A model generated the notes under the pieces. It was given only the letters and a program-made list of their open reading frames with translations. It was not told the origin of the DNA and searched no databases. From Ostrea edulis (Eukaryota), in contig NC_079169.1 in the NCBI RefSeq assembly GCF_947568905.1, forward strand, positions 36,456,001-36,520,000: 64,000 nt of DNA, in the 5' to 3' direction. Shown one piece after another: positions 49,801 through 61,733 of this stretch. The position numbers and the translations under genes were made by a program. The first letter of the stretch is position 1. Every line of letters starts with the position of its first letter.

Positions 49801-52265
49801 ACGTCAGTTTGCTTCAGACTTTCTTGTAAAGGTTCTACGTCAGTTTGCTTCAGACTTTCTTGTAAAGGTTCTACGTCAGTTTGCTTCAAACTTTCCTGTA
49901 ATGGTTCTACGTCAGTTTGCTTAAGACTTTCTTGTAATGGTTCTACGTCAGTTTGCTTCAGACTTTCCTGTAATGGTTCTACGTCAGTTTGCTTCAGACT
50001 TTCCTGTAATGGTTCTATATCAGTTTGCTTCAGACTTTCCTGTAATGGTTCTACATCAGTTTGCTTCAGACTTTCTTGTAATGGTTCTACGTCAGTTTGC
50101 TTCAGACTTTCTTGCTAATGATGGTACTATGTCAGTTTGCTTCAGACTTTCTTGTAATGGTTCTACGTCAGTTTGCTTCAGACTTTCTTGCTAGTGATGG
50201 TACTATGTCAGTTTGCTTCAGACTTTCTTTAATGGTTCTACGTCAGTTTACTTCAGACTTTCTTGTAATGGTTCTACGTCAGTTTGCTTCAGACTTTCTT
50301 GCTAGTGATGGTACTATGTCAGTTTGCTTCAGACTTTCTTGTAATGGTTCTACGTCAGTTTGCTTCAGACTTTCTTGCTAGTGATGGTTCTACGTCAGTT
50401 TGCTTCAGACTTTCTTGTAATGGTTCTACGTCAGTTTACTTCAGACTTTCCTGTAATGGTTCTACGTCAGTTTGCTTCAGACTTTCCTGTAATGGTTCTA
50501 TATCAGTTTGCTTCAGACTTTCTTGTAATGGTTCTACGTCAGTTTGCTTCAGACTTTCCTGTAATGGTTCTACGTCAGTTTGCTTCAGACTTTCCTGTAA
50601 TGGTTCTACGTCAGTTTGCTTCAGACTTTCCTGTAATGGTTGTACGTCAGTTTGCTTCAGACTTTCCTGTAATGGTTCTACGTCAGTTTGCTTCAGATTT
50701 TCCTGTAATGGTTCTACGTCAGTTTGCTTCAGACTTTCCTGTAATGGTTGTACGTCAGTTTGCTTCAGATTTTCCTGTAATGGTTCTACGTCAGTTTGCT
50801 TCAGACTTTCTTGTAATGGTTCTACATCAGTTTGCTCAAGACTTTCTTGTAAAGGTTCTACGTCAGTTTGCTTCAGACTTTCCTGTAAAGGTTCTATGTC
50901 AGTTTGCTTCAGACTTTCCTGTAATGGTTCTATGTCAGTTTGCTTCAGACTTTCCTGCAATAGTTCTACGTCAGTTTGCTTCAGACTTTCCTGTAATGGT
51001 TCTACGTCAGTTTGCTTAAGATTTCCCTGTAATGGTTCTACGTCAGTTTGCTTAAGACTTTCTTGCAATGGTTCTACATCAGTTTGCTTAAGACTTTATT
51101 GTAATGGTTCTACGTCAGTTTGCTTCAGACTTTCCTGTAATGGTTCTACATCAGTTTGCTTAAGACTTTCCTGTAATGGTTGTACGTCAGTTTGCTTCAG
51201 ATTTTCTTGTAATGGTTCTACGTCAGTTTGCTTCAGACTTTCTTGTAAAGGTTCTACGTCAGTTTGCTTCAGACTTTCTTGTAAAGGTTCTATGTCAGTT
51301 TGCTTCAGACTTTCCTGTAATGGTTCTATGTCAGTTTGCTTCAGACTTTCCTGCAATAGTTCTACGTCAGTTTGCTTCAGACTTTCCTGTAATGGTTCTA
51401 CGTCAGTTTGCTTAAGACTTTCTTGCAATGGTTCTACATCAGTTTGCTTAAGACTTTATTGTAATGGTTCTACGTCAGTTTGCTTCAGACTTTCCTGTAA
51501 TGATTCTACATCAGTTTGCTTAAGACTTTCCTGTAATGGTTCTATGTCAGTTTGCTTCAGACTTTCCTGTAATAGTTCTACGTCAGTTTGCTTCAGACTT
51601 TCTTGTAATGGTTCTACGTCAGTTTGCCTTAGACTTTCTTGTGATGGTTCTACGTCAGTTTGCTTCAGACTTTCCTGTAATGGTTCTACATCAGCTTGCT
51701 TCGGAATTGCTAGTGATGGTACTATGTCAGTTTGCTTCAGACTTTCTTGTAATGGTTCTACGTCAGTTTACTTCAGACTTTCTTGTAATGGTTCTACGTC
51801 AGTTTGCTTCAGACTTTCCTGTAATGGTTCTACGTCAGTTTGCTTCAGACTTTCCTATAATGGTTCTACGTCAGTTTGCTTCAGACTTTCTTGTGATGGT
51901 TCTACGTCAGTTTGCTTCAGACTTTCCTGTAATGGTTCTACGTCAGTTTGCTTCAGACTTTCTTGTGATGGTTCTACGTCAGTTTGCTTCAGACTTTCCT
52001 GTAATGGTTCTACGTCAGTTTGCTTCAGACTTTCCTGTAATGGTTCTACATCAGTTTGCTTCAGACTTTCTTATGATGGTACTACGCCAGTGTGCTTCGG
52101 AATTTCTTGTGATTGTAGAACGTCAGTTTACGTCAGAATTTCTTGTGATGGTACTACGTCAGTTTGCTTCGGAATTTCTTGTGATGGTACTACGTCAGTT
52201 TACGTCAGAATTTCTTGTGATGGTACTACGTCAGTTTGCTTCGGAATTTCTTGTGATGGTACTAT
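46878..52265. repeat. 5.4-kb 36-bp minisatellite with 35- and 40-bp variants and higher-order duplications
   Basis: Unit ctttcttgtaatggttctacgtcagtttgcttcaga; 40-bp variant ...gctagtgatggtactatg.... Identical or near-identical ORF patterns recur at 47660, 48755, 49234 and 49937. Confidence 0.97.
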
Positions 52266-54458
52266 GTACTACTTGGCTAACGACGATTATGTAACATAAA
52301 AGTTTTGTTTAAGAAGTACACAATTTAAAAGTGAAAAAGAAGTACCAGGAAATGTTCAGAACGCAGGATTTTGCGCCATCTACCCTACAGACCCCCGGGC
52401 TATTGATTTAAACCTTTAAATCAGCTTCTTTTTTTCATTGCGATAGTATGGAGATCTTTCAAAACAAGCAGTAAAAACCTAAGCGTTTTCATGTATAATG
52501 ACTGTTTTACGATCTCCCTTAGATGCTAAGGGTATTTAAACGGTGGTAGGGGTGGAGGTTGTGGAAAGTACGTAAAAGATCAAGTGCTAGACCTCTCCTT
52601 TGACAAATTCCTGGATCCGCCTATGAAATGTAATAAAATATATGGAACACATTTCCAGAGGGAGTCCCGGATGTGTACCAGATCACCATATTGATCGCGG
52701 GAAAAAATCAAAATTTTAAACCACTACATACTGAATGAAATATACATATTTCATTATTCAGTCCGCAAACGAAAATTATTTAGACGTCGGAAAGCCACTG
52801 ATCCATATTTCTTCTTTCAGAAACAGAGCAAGTTTAATCGTCTTTATTTCTCTTGGGAAGTAACTCGTTATGTGCGACTAGTTCGAAAAAGCATTACAAA
52901 GTTTAGTTGCAGAACTGTAGCTCTCTGAAAAAAATATTGGGACAAATCAGATCTGTCACAATATTTACAGTTCTACAGCTATACAAAGTTAAGGTAATAC
53001 ATAAAGATATACATCGCATTTCAAAGAATGACAAATATTTCACTCTAGTTTCATATATTTTTCCAACGATATGGACTTTCTCCTAGAATTAAGAGTGGGC
53101 CTCATCACTGTTGTAGAAATTGACAGGGCTTCCATGTTATGATTAAGCTTTTGATTAAAACCAGGGGTTGACAAAGCAATACGGTATTTCAGAATAGCTC
53201 CATTTGTAGCTTTATTCCTCTGGTCAGATTTAATAGTGTGACGTAGCAGTGGTGTGACGTAAGGAATTACTTCCCCCTCTGAACACTTCGTTTACTTATA
53301 TATAAGCTTATATAATACTAACGATATGAATTATATGATTAAAGCCAACACGTTACGACAGAACTAGAATATCAGATTCAATTTGTATCGTCACTAACAC
53401 GTAATAGTTGATTAGTGGTATTATAAAGGCCACTCTTTGATATTGGTTTTCTATTTCGAGTATAAATGTTGCAATCTTTCAACAATGGCACCTTGATGCG
53501 GAACGTCCCTTAATTCGCAACATACAGGGTCATTCAAAAGTACGATTTACCATTTACATGCAATGTTTTCAGTTTCTGTTATCAAAAGTGGCATCCTTCT
53601 AACGATTCTCCTTTACTTTTATTTCGTTATCAACTCTGTAGTAAGTATTTAGAGTTCATATAATATATTCTATTGACTTCAGAAGACCAAATTACTATGT
53701 GTGAGTTTTCATGTAGGCATCATTTATAAAGTTCGCCACATCATTTATTTTGCTAGGTTAAATATTGAAGATAATGGACCTGTGTTCTACTTATAACTAT
53801 ATAACAGCTGTTCCTAGCCTCATTCTGGGTCACAACGAGGGGTCACATTACACAAGGCCATCCATGAAAATCTGTATAACTCGACACCTGCGTAATCTGT
53901 ATCAATGTAAATTTTAACCCCAATGTTCACTTTCTTTATAGTACACTTGCGATTCGATACCGTGTCTAATTCGAACAAACTTTGTTTTCCGTTGTATGTC
54001 AAGTTAGACAGATTTCACTGTGTAGTGATCATAAACATTATAACTTACCATAACTAGACTACACTTATTGGAGAGTGTTATGAGGAATGTAATGAGTTAT
54101 CCAACAGGATGTATTTGCCGTTTCCATGACTAACAAGCGTTGGGAATCCCATCTCTTCCTTTCAAGAGACTGTGCATGTGTATTGCTGGTAGTGCCTCTG
54201 AATACACGTGTTTCCAAAGTTCCGATCCTAGAGGAACTTACTTGCTTGGTAACATCATGCAATCAACAAAGGACTTACACGGGAATTATGTCCATTTTGA
54301 CATGTTTACTTTTTGGTACTTTTCTATGCAGTGTTGATACTGGGATAAAAGAGTTAACTCAGAGATATGCTGTAATAAAGTTAACAGAACATAGGAAAAT
54401 CAACATGCCAGTAAACGTGTTATACAAGGTGCAAGGATGCCTGGACACAAAAAACTAC

Positions 54459-55052
54459 TGTAACGTGTAATGTGGGTTCAAACCACGGATAATAATTTTT
54501 CTTAAACGTTTCCTACGTTTCTAAATGATTGCATTAAACTCTATTTCTAAACAATGATAATAAATCAATTTGAATCAAACACTGGGATTATTTCCTTATT
54601 GATTTATTATATGATTTTCCTCTAACTATTCCTTGCCTAGTTTAATCACTCGTGTTTCAGCCTCTGGTCTGAAACCACTGTTTCAGACGCTGTTTCAAAT
54701 TACAAGTTCAAACCCTTTATTTATTTGAGCATTTGCTCCCGGGCTATCTTCTGAAGGAATAATGTCTCAAATGGTCCACCCACAGTAATTTGAGGTCCCG
54801 CATATGAGACAATAAACCTTACCTAAATTCTGGATGTGAGATACGATCTTCTCTCTTCTCCGTCTACCAGCAAACTAACTTAGATGCGCAGAAGCGCCTT
54901 CTATTTATACCTCCGCTCAATTCTACTGACTCATATACTAGTCTCCAAAACGTTTGAGACAATGTACAACACACAAGGAATAGCTAATCATTGACAAGAC
55001 TTTGATTGACCCTGATTGCCTCATTTACATAATAAAAGGAATTTTCATTACA
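54459..55052 (-). repeat. 3' LTR
   Basis: Manual alignment to 61140-61733 gives 14 substitutions and no indels (about 97.6% identity). Confidence 0.95.
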
Positions 55053-55206
55053 TTACCCACGCCTCCGAAATTTATGCGACCCTTCATAAGGAACAAAGAA
55101 ACAATTTTTTTAAAAAAATCATTATTATTATAGTTATCTTTAAGTAAACTACAACGTTTCAATCGTAAACGGTTTTCTGTCCGTGTCTTTTTTAAATCAT
55201 TGTCAT

Positions 55207-55912
55207 TTATTCCTGATATTCGAATTCTTCTTCTTCCATAATTTTCTCAACATGTTTGTTATCTTTGATGTAGGTCGACACGACTTTATGCAACTTTCGT
55301 ATCTTGAGGACTTTCTTTTGTCCCTCAGTAGACTGGTTCTCAGTCTGAGTACTAGAAGACTTGTATGTCTTCACAAAACTGAAATTCTGTATGGATGCTG
55401 TGCATGTCCTGCTGTTTTGGGTTGACACCACTGGTTCTCTTTGGTGCGAACATTGGAGCTGGTTCAGTGCGCTTTCGCACAACTATGCCCTTTTCCAAAG
55501 GACTACTGTTTCCCGGTATTGTTTGGCGTGTCTCTTTCTCATTATCAGTTTTATCTTCATTTGGTACGGATTGAGATTTCTGCATTTTGATTTCTTCTGG
55601 CCTTCCTTCACATGTCTCATCTTCTTCATCACTGGAACTTTCACTTGAACTGGATACCTGTACAATTAAATTCCCTAGATCCTGTCTAACCCACTCTTCG
55701 TCGCTCTCCACACCATTGTGATTCGTTGATTCTTTCTCATGGAACTTCTCGTGTCTGACCAGATATTCCTTCTTCTTGAATAATTTTCCACATGGAAACT
55801 TTCCACCCGTGCAACTCATTAAATGTTCAGGCCAATGATTATTCTGCACTTCTCCATCACACAATGGACATTGATTTCTTACTTTGGCTTTAGTTACTTT
55901 CAGGTTTGGCAT
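55207..55912 (-). pseudogene. Extra ORF (ORF3) of the Gypsy element: zinc-finger N-terminus, acidic linker, frameshifted C-terminus
   Basis: CPLC-x11-H-x3-C, then FPCGKLFKKKEYLVRHEKFH (C2H2-like, one Cys missing) and an SSSSESSSDEEDE tract. Continues in the overlapping 55207-55482 frame (KSSSTQTE...VEKIMEEEEF). Confidence 0.7.
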
Positions 55913-55978
55913 TTTCTACAAAATAAGATAAAACAATTTGCTGTAGTTAACATTTTTTTAAAAAAGTTTCATGCATCT

Positions 55979-57394
55979 CTAATAGGACTCATAGTCCTCT
56001 AACCACTTTGGTGGACCACATTTTCGTCTTGGTTTGGTAGACTTAACAAGTTCATCGACACTCTCAACAATTCTATCAGGTTCTTGCTCTATTTCATCTG
56101 CTTCAATGTCACTGTCTAACAACTCGGTTATCATACCGGAATCTTCACCTCGGAGGATTTGGTCCCTCTTTTTCGTATTCGATCGCAATGTATTATCTGC
56201 CTTTCACCTTTTCTTCCACAGTTAACAGCATAGAGCACTTCTGACCACTTTTCAAGGACTTCGAAAGGCCCACGCCAAAACGAAGTGAGCTTCGGAGAAC
56301 AACCTATTTTCTTTTGTGGAAAGTAAATAAAAACTTGATCACCTGGTTTAAATTTCTCCCAGGACATCTTCATATCATGATAGTTTTTCTGTCTACTCAT
56401 GGCAGCATCTGTGTAATTGCGAACAAAATTGTGGGCTCTCTCTATCCTTTCTTTAAGAATCCAAGCCCATTCATTTGGACTCCTACCTTTAAGAGGCTCT
56501 GGCATCTCATACTGCAAATCTAATGGCAAAGATGTTTCTCTTCCAAGCATTAACATGTTCGGCGTGAAACCTGTCGACTCATGCTCTGCAGACCTATATG
56601 ACATCATGATATAGGGATTGTGAGTGTCCCAATCTTTTTGATTCTCCTGTACATATGCGCTTAGCATACATGTTAAGGTTCGGTTAAATCTCTCTACCAT
56701 CCCATCAGACTGGGGATGGTAGGCCGTGGTCCCTGTTTTCTGAATGTTCAAAAGTTTACACACTTCACGGAAAAGCTCACATTCAAATTGTCTGCCTTGG
56801 TCAGAATGTATTATCTTAGGCGTTCCAAGTCTTACAATAAATTCTTCTACAATCAACTTAGCCACGGTTTTAGCCGCCATTTTTGGCATAGGAAAAACCT
56901 CCGTCCACTTAGTGAAGTAGTCTGAGACCACTAAAATATATCTATTGCCATTTTCCGGAATTGGTAGTTCGCCCAGAATATCAGCCGCTATGCGTTCCAA
57001 CGGCATCCCTGATGGAACAATCTGCATCGGCGCTATCGTTTTCTTATTCGGGTTCTTTCGCTTCGTACAAATGTCACAGCCTGTGACATATTGTCTTACA
57101 TCTTGATGTAAGACAGGCCAGTAGAACCTTTGTTTCACTCGGGCCAAAGTTTTATGTACTCCTAGATGTCCTGTCATCATGGCATTGTCTTAAGATTGTT
57201 CTTCTGTCAGAGAGAGGAATAACTTGCTGGAGTATTTCGTTATTGGTTTCCAACACTGTCCATCGTCTGCATACAATTCCGTTTGTCAATTTCAGTCTCT
57301 TCCATTGACTCCATAGTGATCTAAGAAAATATCCTGTACTTCTTATATCTTCAAACGATGGCCTCTCATTTGTTTCAAGCCAAGACTTGACCAA
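55979..57394 (-). pseudogene. Gypsy integrase (HHCC zinc-binding, DDE core, GPF motif), frameshifted
   Basis: CHD...GHLG...C..C; ERIAADILG, IHSDQGRQFE, DGMVERFNRT; WRGPFEV. Split over ORFs 57152-57394, 56131-57180 and 55979-56188. Confidence 0.92.
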
Positions 57395-57396
57395 AG

Positions 57397-58950
57397 CTAT
57401 GTCTTTATCTGACTTTCTTGCATCGACATGCTGTCTGTATCCTTTTCTTCAAAGACTGATCTAAGTTGCCCTTTGCTTATCAGGCTTTTGCCATTGCAGT
57501 TATCATAACCACATTGTCTACATGGGATGCGGCTCAAAGCGTCTGCATTGGTGTGCATTTTCCCTGGTCTATTATTGAATTTGGAATTCATATGTAGAAA
57601 GTGTTTCTATCTATCTTGCAAGCTGGCCTTCAGAATCTCTCTTTTTCAATAACCATCGTAGTGAACTGTGATCTGTTCTGATTAAGAATGGCTTCCCATA
57701 CAAATAATGTCTGAAATACTTCACAAAATGGACGATGGCCAGCAGTTCTTTACGTGTGACACAATACTTTCGTTCCGTTTTGCTTAAACAGCGACTTGCA
57801 TAGCAAGTTACTTTTTCTTCCCCGTCTTGTATTTGTGACAACACGGCGCCCATGGCCATATCACTGGCAATAGTGTCTAATATAAATGGTATTGTGAAAT
57901 CCGGGTGTGCCAGAATGGGTGCACTGATTAATCTATTTCGCAAAGTATCAAATGACTCCTGACAATTGCCAGACCAGATGGATTTCATTCCCTTTTGTGT
58001 TAACACATGTAATGGTTTCGCCAAAACTGCAAAGTTTGGTACGAATTTACGGTAATAGCTACAAAATCCAATGAAGGATCTTAGCTCTGTTACATTACAA
58101 GGTTGCGGCCATTTCTTGATAACTTCAGTCTTCTTTGGGTCTGTGGAAATGCCTTCTTCAGACACAACATGTCCCAAGTAGTCAACACTACGTGAAAATA
58201 GAGTGCACTTCTTCGCTTTCAATTTTAGTCCAGCTTTTGCAAGTTTGTCGAAGACCTTGGACAAATTAGTTTTCATTTCATTAAAGGTTCTGGCATATAC
58301 AATGATATCATATAAATAGATAAGACAAATGTCCCACTGCAAACCCTGTAGAGTTAACTCCATTAATCTTTCGAACGTAGCTGGGGCGTTACATAGCCCA
58401 AAGGGCATAACATTGAACTGATATAGCCCATTTCGAGTTACGAATGCTGTTTTGGCTTTGTCTTTTGAGTCCATTTCAATCTGCCAGTAACCAGAGTGTA
58501 AATCGAGGGTTGAAAACCATTTGCATCCAGCCAGTTGGTCCAGGGTCTCATCAATGCGTGGAATTGGATAGGCGTCTTTCTCAGTTATTGCATTCAATCG
58601 CCTATAGTCCACACAAAACCGTGTAGACCCATCCTTTTTTTCACCAATACTACTCTAGAAGATCAAGGGCTATTTGAAGGTTCTATAACCTTGTTCTTAA
58701 TCATTTCGTTCACGTGCTTTTCTACTTCTGCATTCCTGTGTTCTGGGAGTCGTCTTGGAACGTCCTTGATTGGTTTGTGATCCCCGGTGTCGATGCTATG
58801 TTTAGCAAGTCCTGTTCTTCCCATGTCACTATCAGACTTTGTAAAGAGTTAAGCATATTTCGACAGAAGAGTTTTAACTGCATTTGCTTCTGTCTTACTC
58901 ATCTTCAGGCAAGTCCTCATATACAGCTATTTTAAGTGCTCAGGCAATTT
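57397..58950 (-). pseudogene. Gypsy reverse transcriptase and RNase H, inactivated
   Basis: VDYRRLN...DAYPIPRID...[10 protein letters not shown]...[12 protein letters not shown]...YLYD (YxDD altered)...CYASRCL...TRKELLA...TDHSSL. In-frame stops occur in the upstream linker. Confidence 0.93.
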
Positions 58951-59056
58951 GTCATCATCAGTTGTAGGTTTGTAATCATCTTCTATTATACACTCTATGG
59001 GTGATAGTTGTCCAACTGTTGTTCCTGTGTGAATTATTACATTGTCGCCAGATGGA

Positions 59057-60943
59057 TTAAAAAGTCTTACCTCTCACTACTGTCCTTCCAACCAATCCTC
59101 TGTCAGAACTCAAAAACGTTTCTGCAGGCTCCACCACTCCAACATCTAAATTCATCTCATTGTTGTCTGGAACTACAACTTTTCCTGTTGTGACAATTTC
59201 CGTCTTTGATGGTATCGACACCGTTTCTAGTGCCACAATTCTAAAACACCCTATTCTTCCCTCAAATTCTAGAGAGTGAGTTTCATCTCCTAACTGCAGC
59301 GTTCTTTCATGTGAATTAATTATGCCTTTGTTAGCTTTTAAACAATCAAGGCCCAGAACAGCATCAACAGTCATGTCAGCAACCAGTATTGTCTGATACA
59401 ATATTTTCTTGCCAAACTTGCATTTCACGAGTGCCTTTCCGTATATTTGAAGAGGCGTTCCTGACGCTGATAATATACTCTGATTCGTTTCAGCCAATTC
59501 CAGTTTAGACTTTTTATTTATCTCTTCAAACTTCTTCCAAGATACCAGTGTAACTGTAGCCGCTGTATCAACCAATGCCAGGACAGGAATATCATTTATG
59601 TTACCTCTAATATACATTCCTGGCTCATTAGCATTTCTTTGAACTCCAATGCTTCCCTGATGCTCATGTCTAGGTTTTCTCCCACTATGGGTGGTCTTTT
59701 TGAAATGTCCAGAACTGTCGGGCTTGCCTTTGCCAATCTTGTCAATTTTGCTTGTGTTTGGTTGTGGAAACTTCTGATCAACTCTTCTGTTTGACTGAGC
59801 AAGTCTGCAGTCTCTCTTTAAATGACCAGGTTTGCCACAATTGTAACACTTCTTTGGAATCCCTACTTTAGAACCCTTCTCGAACACCCTTGGCACATTA
59901 TCGGTTTTAGAAGTTCTCTTTTCATATTTTATATCATTTACTTCTTTCTGCAACCTGACCAGTATCTCCTTGATAGAGCTAAGTGTTTCTTCTAAACTTT
60001 CACGCTTAGTTTCACGTTTATTATCATCTCCAACTTCTGGAAGAAAACCAGTTTCTTTATACTTTTTGCGTTCCGCTCCTACAAAAGCGTCAAGCTCAAC
60101 TGCATGCCGGATAGCATCGTTGAGGTCATGTGGTCTATACTCAGACGCATATCTGCGCTTGTGAGAGCATCAATAAAATACTCTTTAGCAAGAGTCTCAC
60201 AAACATCTGCTGGAGCAGTAGGATAGGCTAGGCGTGTTAATCGTCTGACATCTTGTCCAAGCTGTGGTATGGTTTCGCTAGCCCTTTTGTCTTCTCTCTC
60301 TTAGCTGAGCTCTATATAATTATGTTTGGTTAGCTGGAGAAAATCTCTCTTCTAGGGCTTTTGAGAGTTCCTTGAAATTCATTTGCAGTGTTTCAGTTAG
60401 GTTCCCAAGCACTCCCTGAGCCTGGCCCCTGAGGGAAACAGCAAGGTACATTCCCTTTTCAGCCTCAGACCAATGGTTCAAACAGGCACAAGCATTAAAA
60501 TGTGATTTATAATCTAACCACGATGTTGAACCATCATATGTTGCTAGTTTAAGCTTACCAGACTTATCTGTATTTTCTTGAGCACCTTCATTATTTAGTG
60601 CTTGTAACATGTCCTTTCTTCTACGTGTTGTAACATTTCTTGGCATATTGTCTGGCGTTTCTAGATACCTCGGTGTTGTTTCCGACCGAGACCTGTCTTT
60701 TCTTTTATAAAGTTCATACGAGTCTTCTGTCTGAGCATCAAGCTTAGTTTTAGGTCTTGCTCCTTTTGCCTCATAGTTTTCCTCTGCATTATGTTCTATT
60801 TTACGCCCAGACTCTCCAATGCCAGAGTCTCTTACAGTCCCAGGTGTTGACTGTGTCCTATGTTCCTTAATTCGAATGCTTTCATTAGAAAGTTCCTTAA
60901 TTTTCTCTTCTAGAAAACTTATTTCTTCGTCAATATTGTCCAT
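59057..60943 (-). pseudogene. Gypsy gag (CCHC knuckle) and aspartic protease, disrupted
   Basis: KLATYDGSTSWLDYKSHF...LAVSLRGQAQ; CYNCGKPGHLKRDC; LVDTAA (DTG altered). Nonsense codon at 60320 and frameshifts. Confidence 0.9.
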
Positions 60944-61115
60944 GGCTTCCTATAATTTAAATCTTACAAAGTTTCTAACCGTCTTGTTTCATACAGTGAA
61001 AGTAAATATGAAAACGCAAAATATAATCTTTTAAGTAGAACTACAATAGTTCGGATGTTACACTACTATTCAAACAAAAACAGACTATGATTTTACGAAT
61101 GGGTTGATGTAGATT

Positions 61116-61133
61116 ATCCCACCGCTGCCACCA
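61116..61133 (-). promoter_or_regulatory. Primer-binding site complementary to the tRNA-Leu 3' end
   Basis: Minus strand TGGTGGCAGCGGTGGGAT is the reverse complement of ATCCCACCGCTGCCA-CCA, the 3' 18 nt of animal tRNA-Leu(AAG/TAG) as I recall it. It lies 6 nt inside the 5' LTR. Confidence 0.9.
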
Positions 61134-61139
61134 AAATTT

Positions 61140-61733
61140 TGTAACGTGTAATGTGGGTTCAAACCACGGATAATAATTTTTCTTAAACGTTTCCTACGTT
61201 TCTAAATGATTACATTAAACTATAGTTCTAAACAATGATAATAAATCAATTTGAATCAAACACTGGGATTATTTCCTTATTGATTTATTATATGATTTTC
61301 CTCTAACTATTCCTTGCCTATTTTAATCACTCGTGTTTCAGCCTCTGGTCTGAAACCACTGTTTCAGACGCTGTTTCAAACTACAAGTTTAAACCCTTTA
61401 TTTATTTGAGCATTTGCTCCCGGGCTATCTTCTGAAGGAATAATGTCTCAAATGGTCCACCCGCAGTAATTTGAGGTCCCGCATACGAGACAATAAACCT
61501 TACCTAAATTCTGGATGTGAGATATGATCTTTTCTCTTCTCCGTCTACCAGCAAACTAACTTAGATGCGCAGAAGCGCCTTCTATTTATACCTCCGCTCA
61601 ATTCTGCTGACTCATATACTAGTCTCCAAAACGTTTAAGACAATGTACAACACACAAGGAATAGCTAATCATTGACAATACTTTGATTGACCCTGATTGC
61701 CTCATTTACATAATCAAAGGAATTTTCATTACA
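61140..61733 (-). repeat. 5' LTR with TATA box (61590-61585), splice-donor consensus (61503) and AATAAA (~61406-61401)
   Basis: Minus strand GGTATAAATAG, AG|GTAAGG and AATAAATAAA occur in that 5'-to-3' order. Confidence 0.92.

Larger units (their letters stand above)
54459..61733 (-). mobile_element. Full-length decayed Ty3/Gypsy LTR retrotransposon (7275 bp)
   Basis: Two 594-bp TG...CA LTRs, CTAC TSD (54455-54458, 61734-61737), PBS, and gag-PR-RT-RH-IN order. Confidence 0.97.

Noticed and set aside
46848-52299. Cys-rich (CNGSTSVCFRLS)n and (KQTDVEPLQESL)n ORFs as repeat proteins
   Set aside because: The 36-bp unit is open in several frames, 35- and 40-bp variants break the frame repeatedly, and there is no unique N- or C-terminal domain.
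53820-54470. Cluster of short ORFs left of the LTR element
   Set aside because: No recognisable homology in any frame.
55979-60943. Many disabling lesions despite 97.6% LTR identity, as a sign of trans-mobilisation
   Set aside because: About 1% divergence per LTR over ~5 kb of coding sequence could plausibly yield several stops and indels by neutral decay, and assembly indels are also possible.
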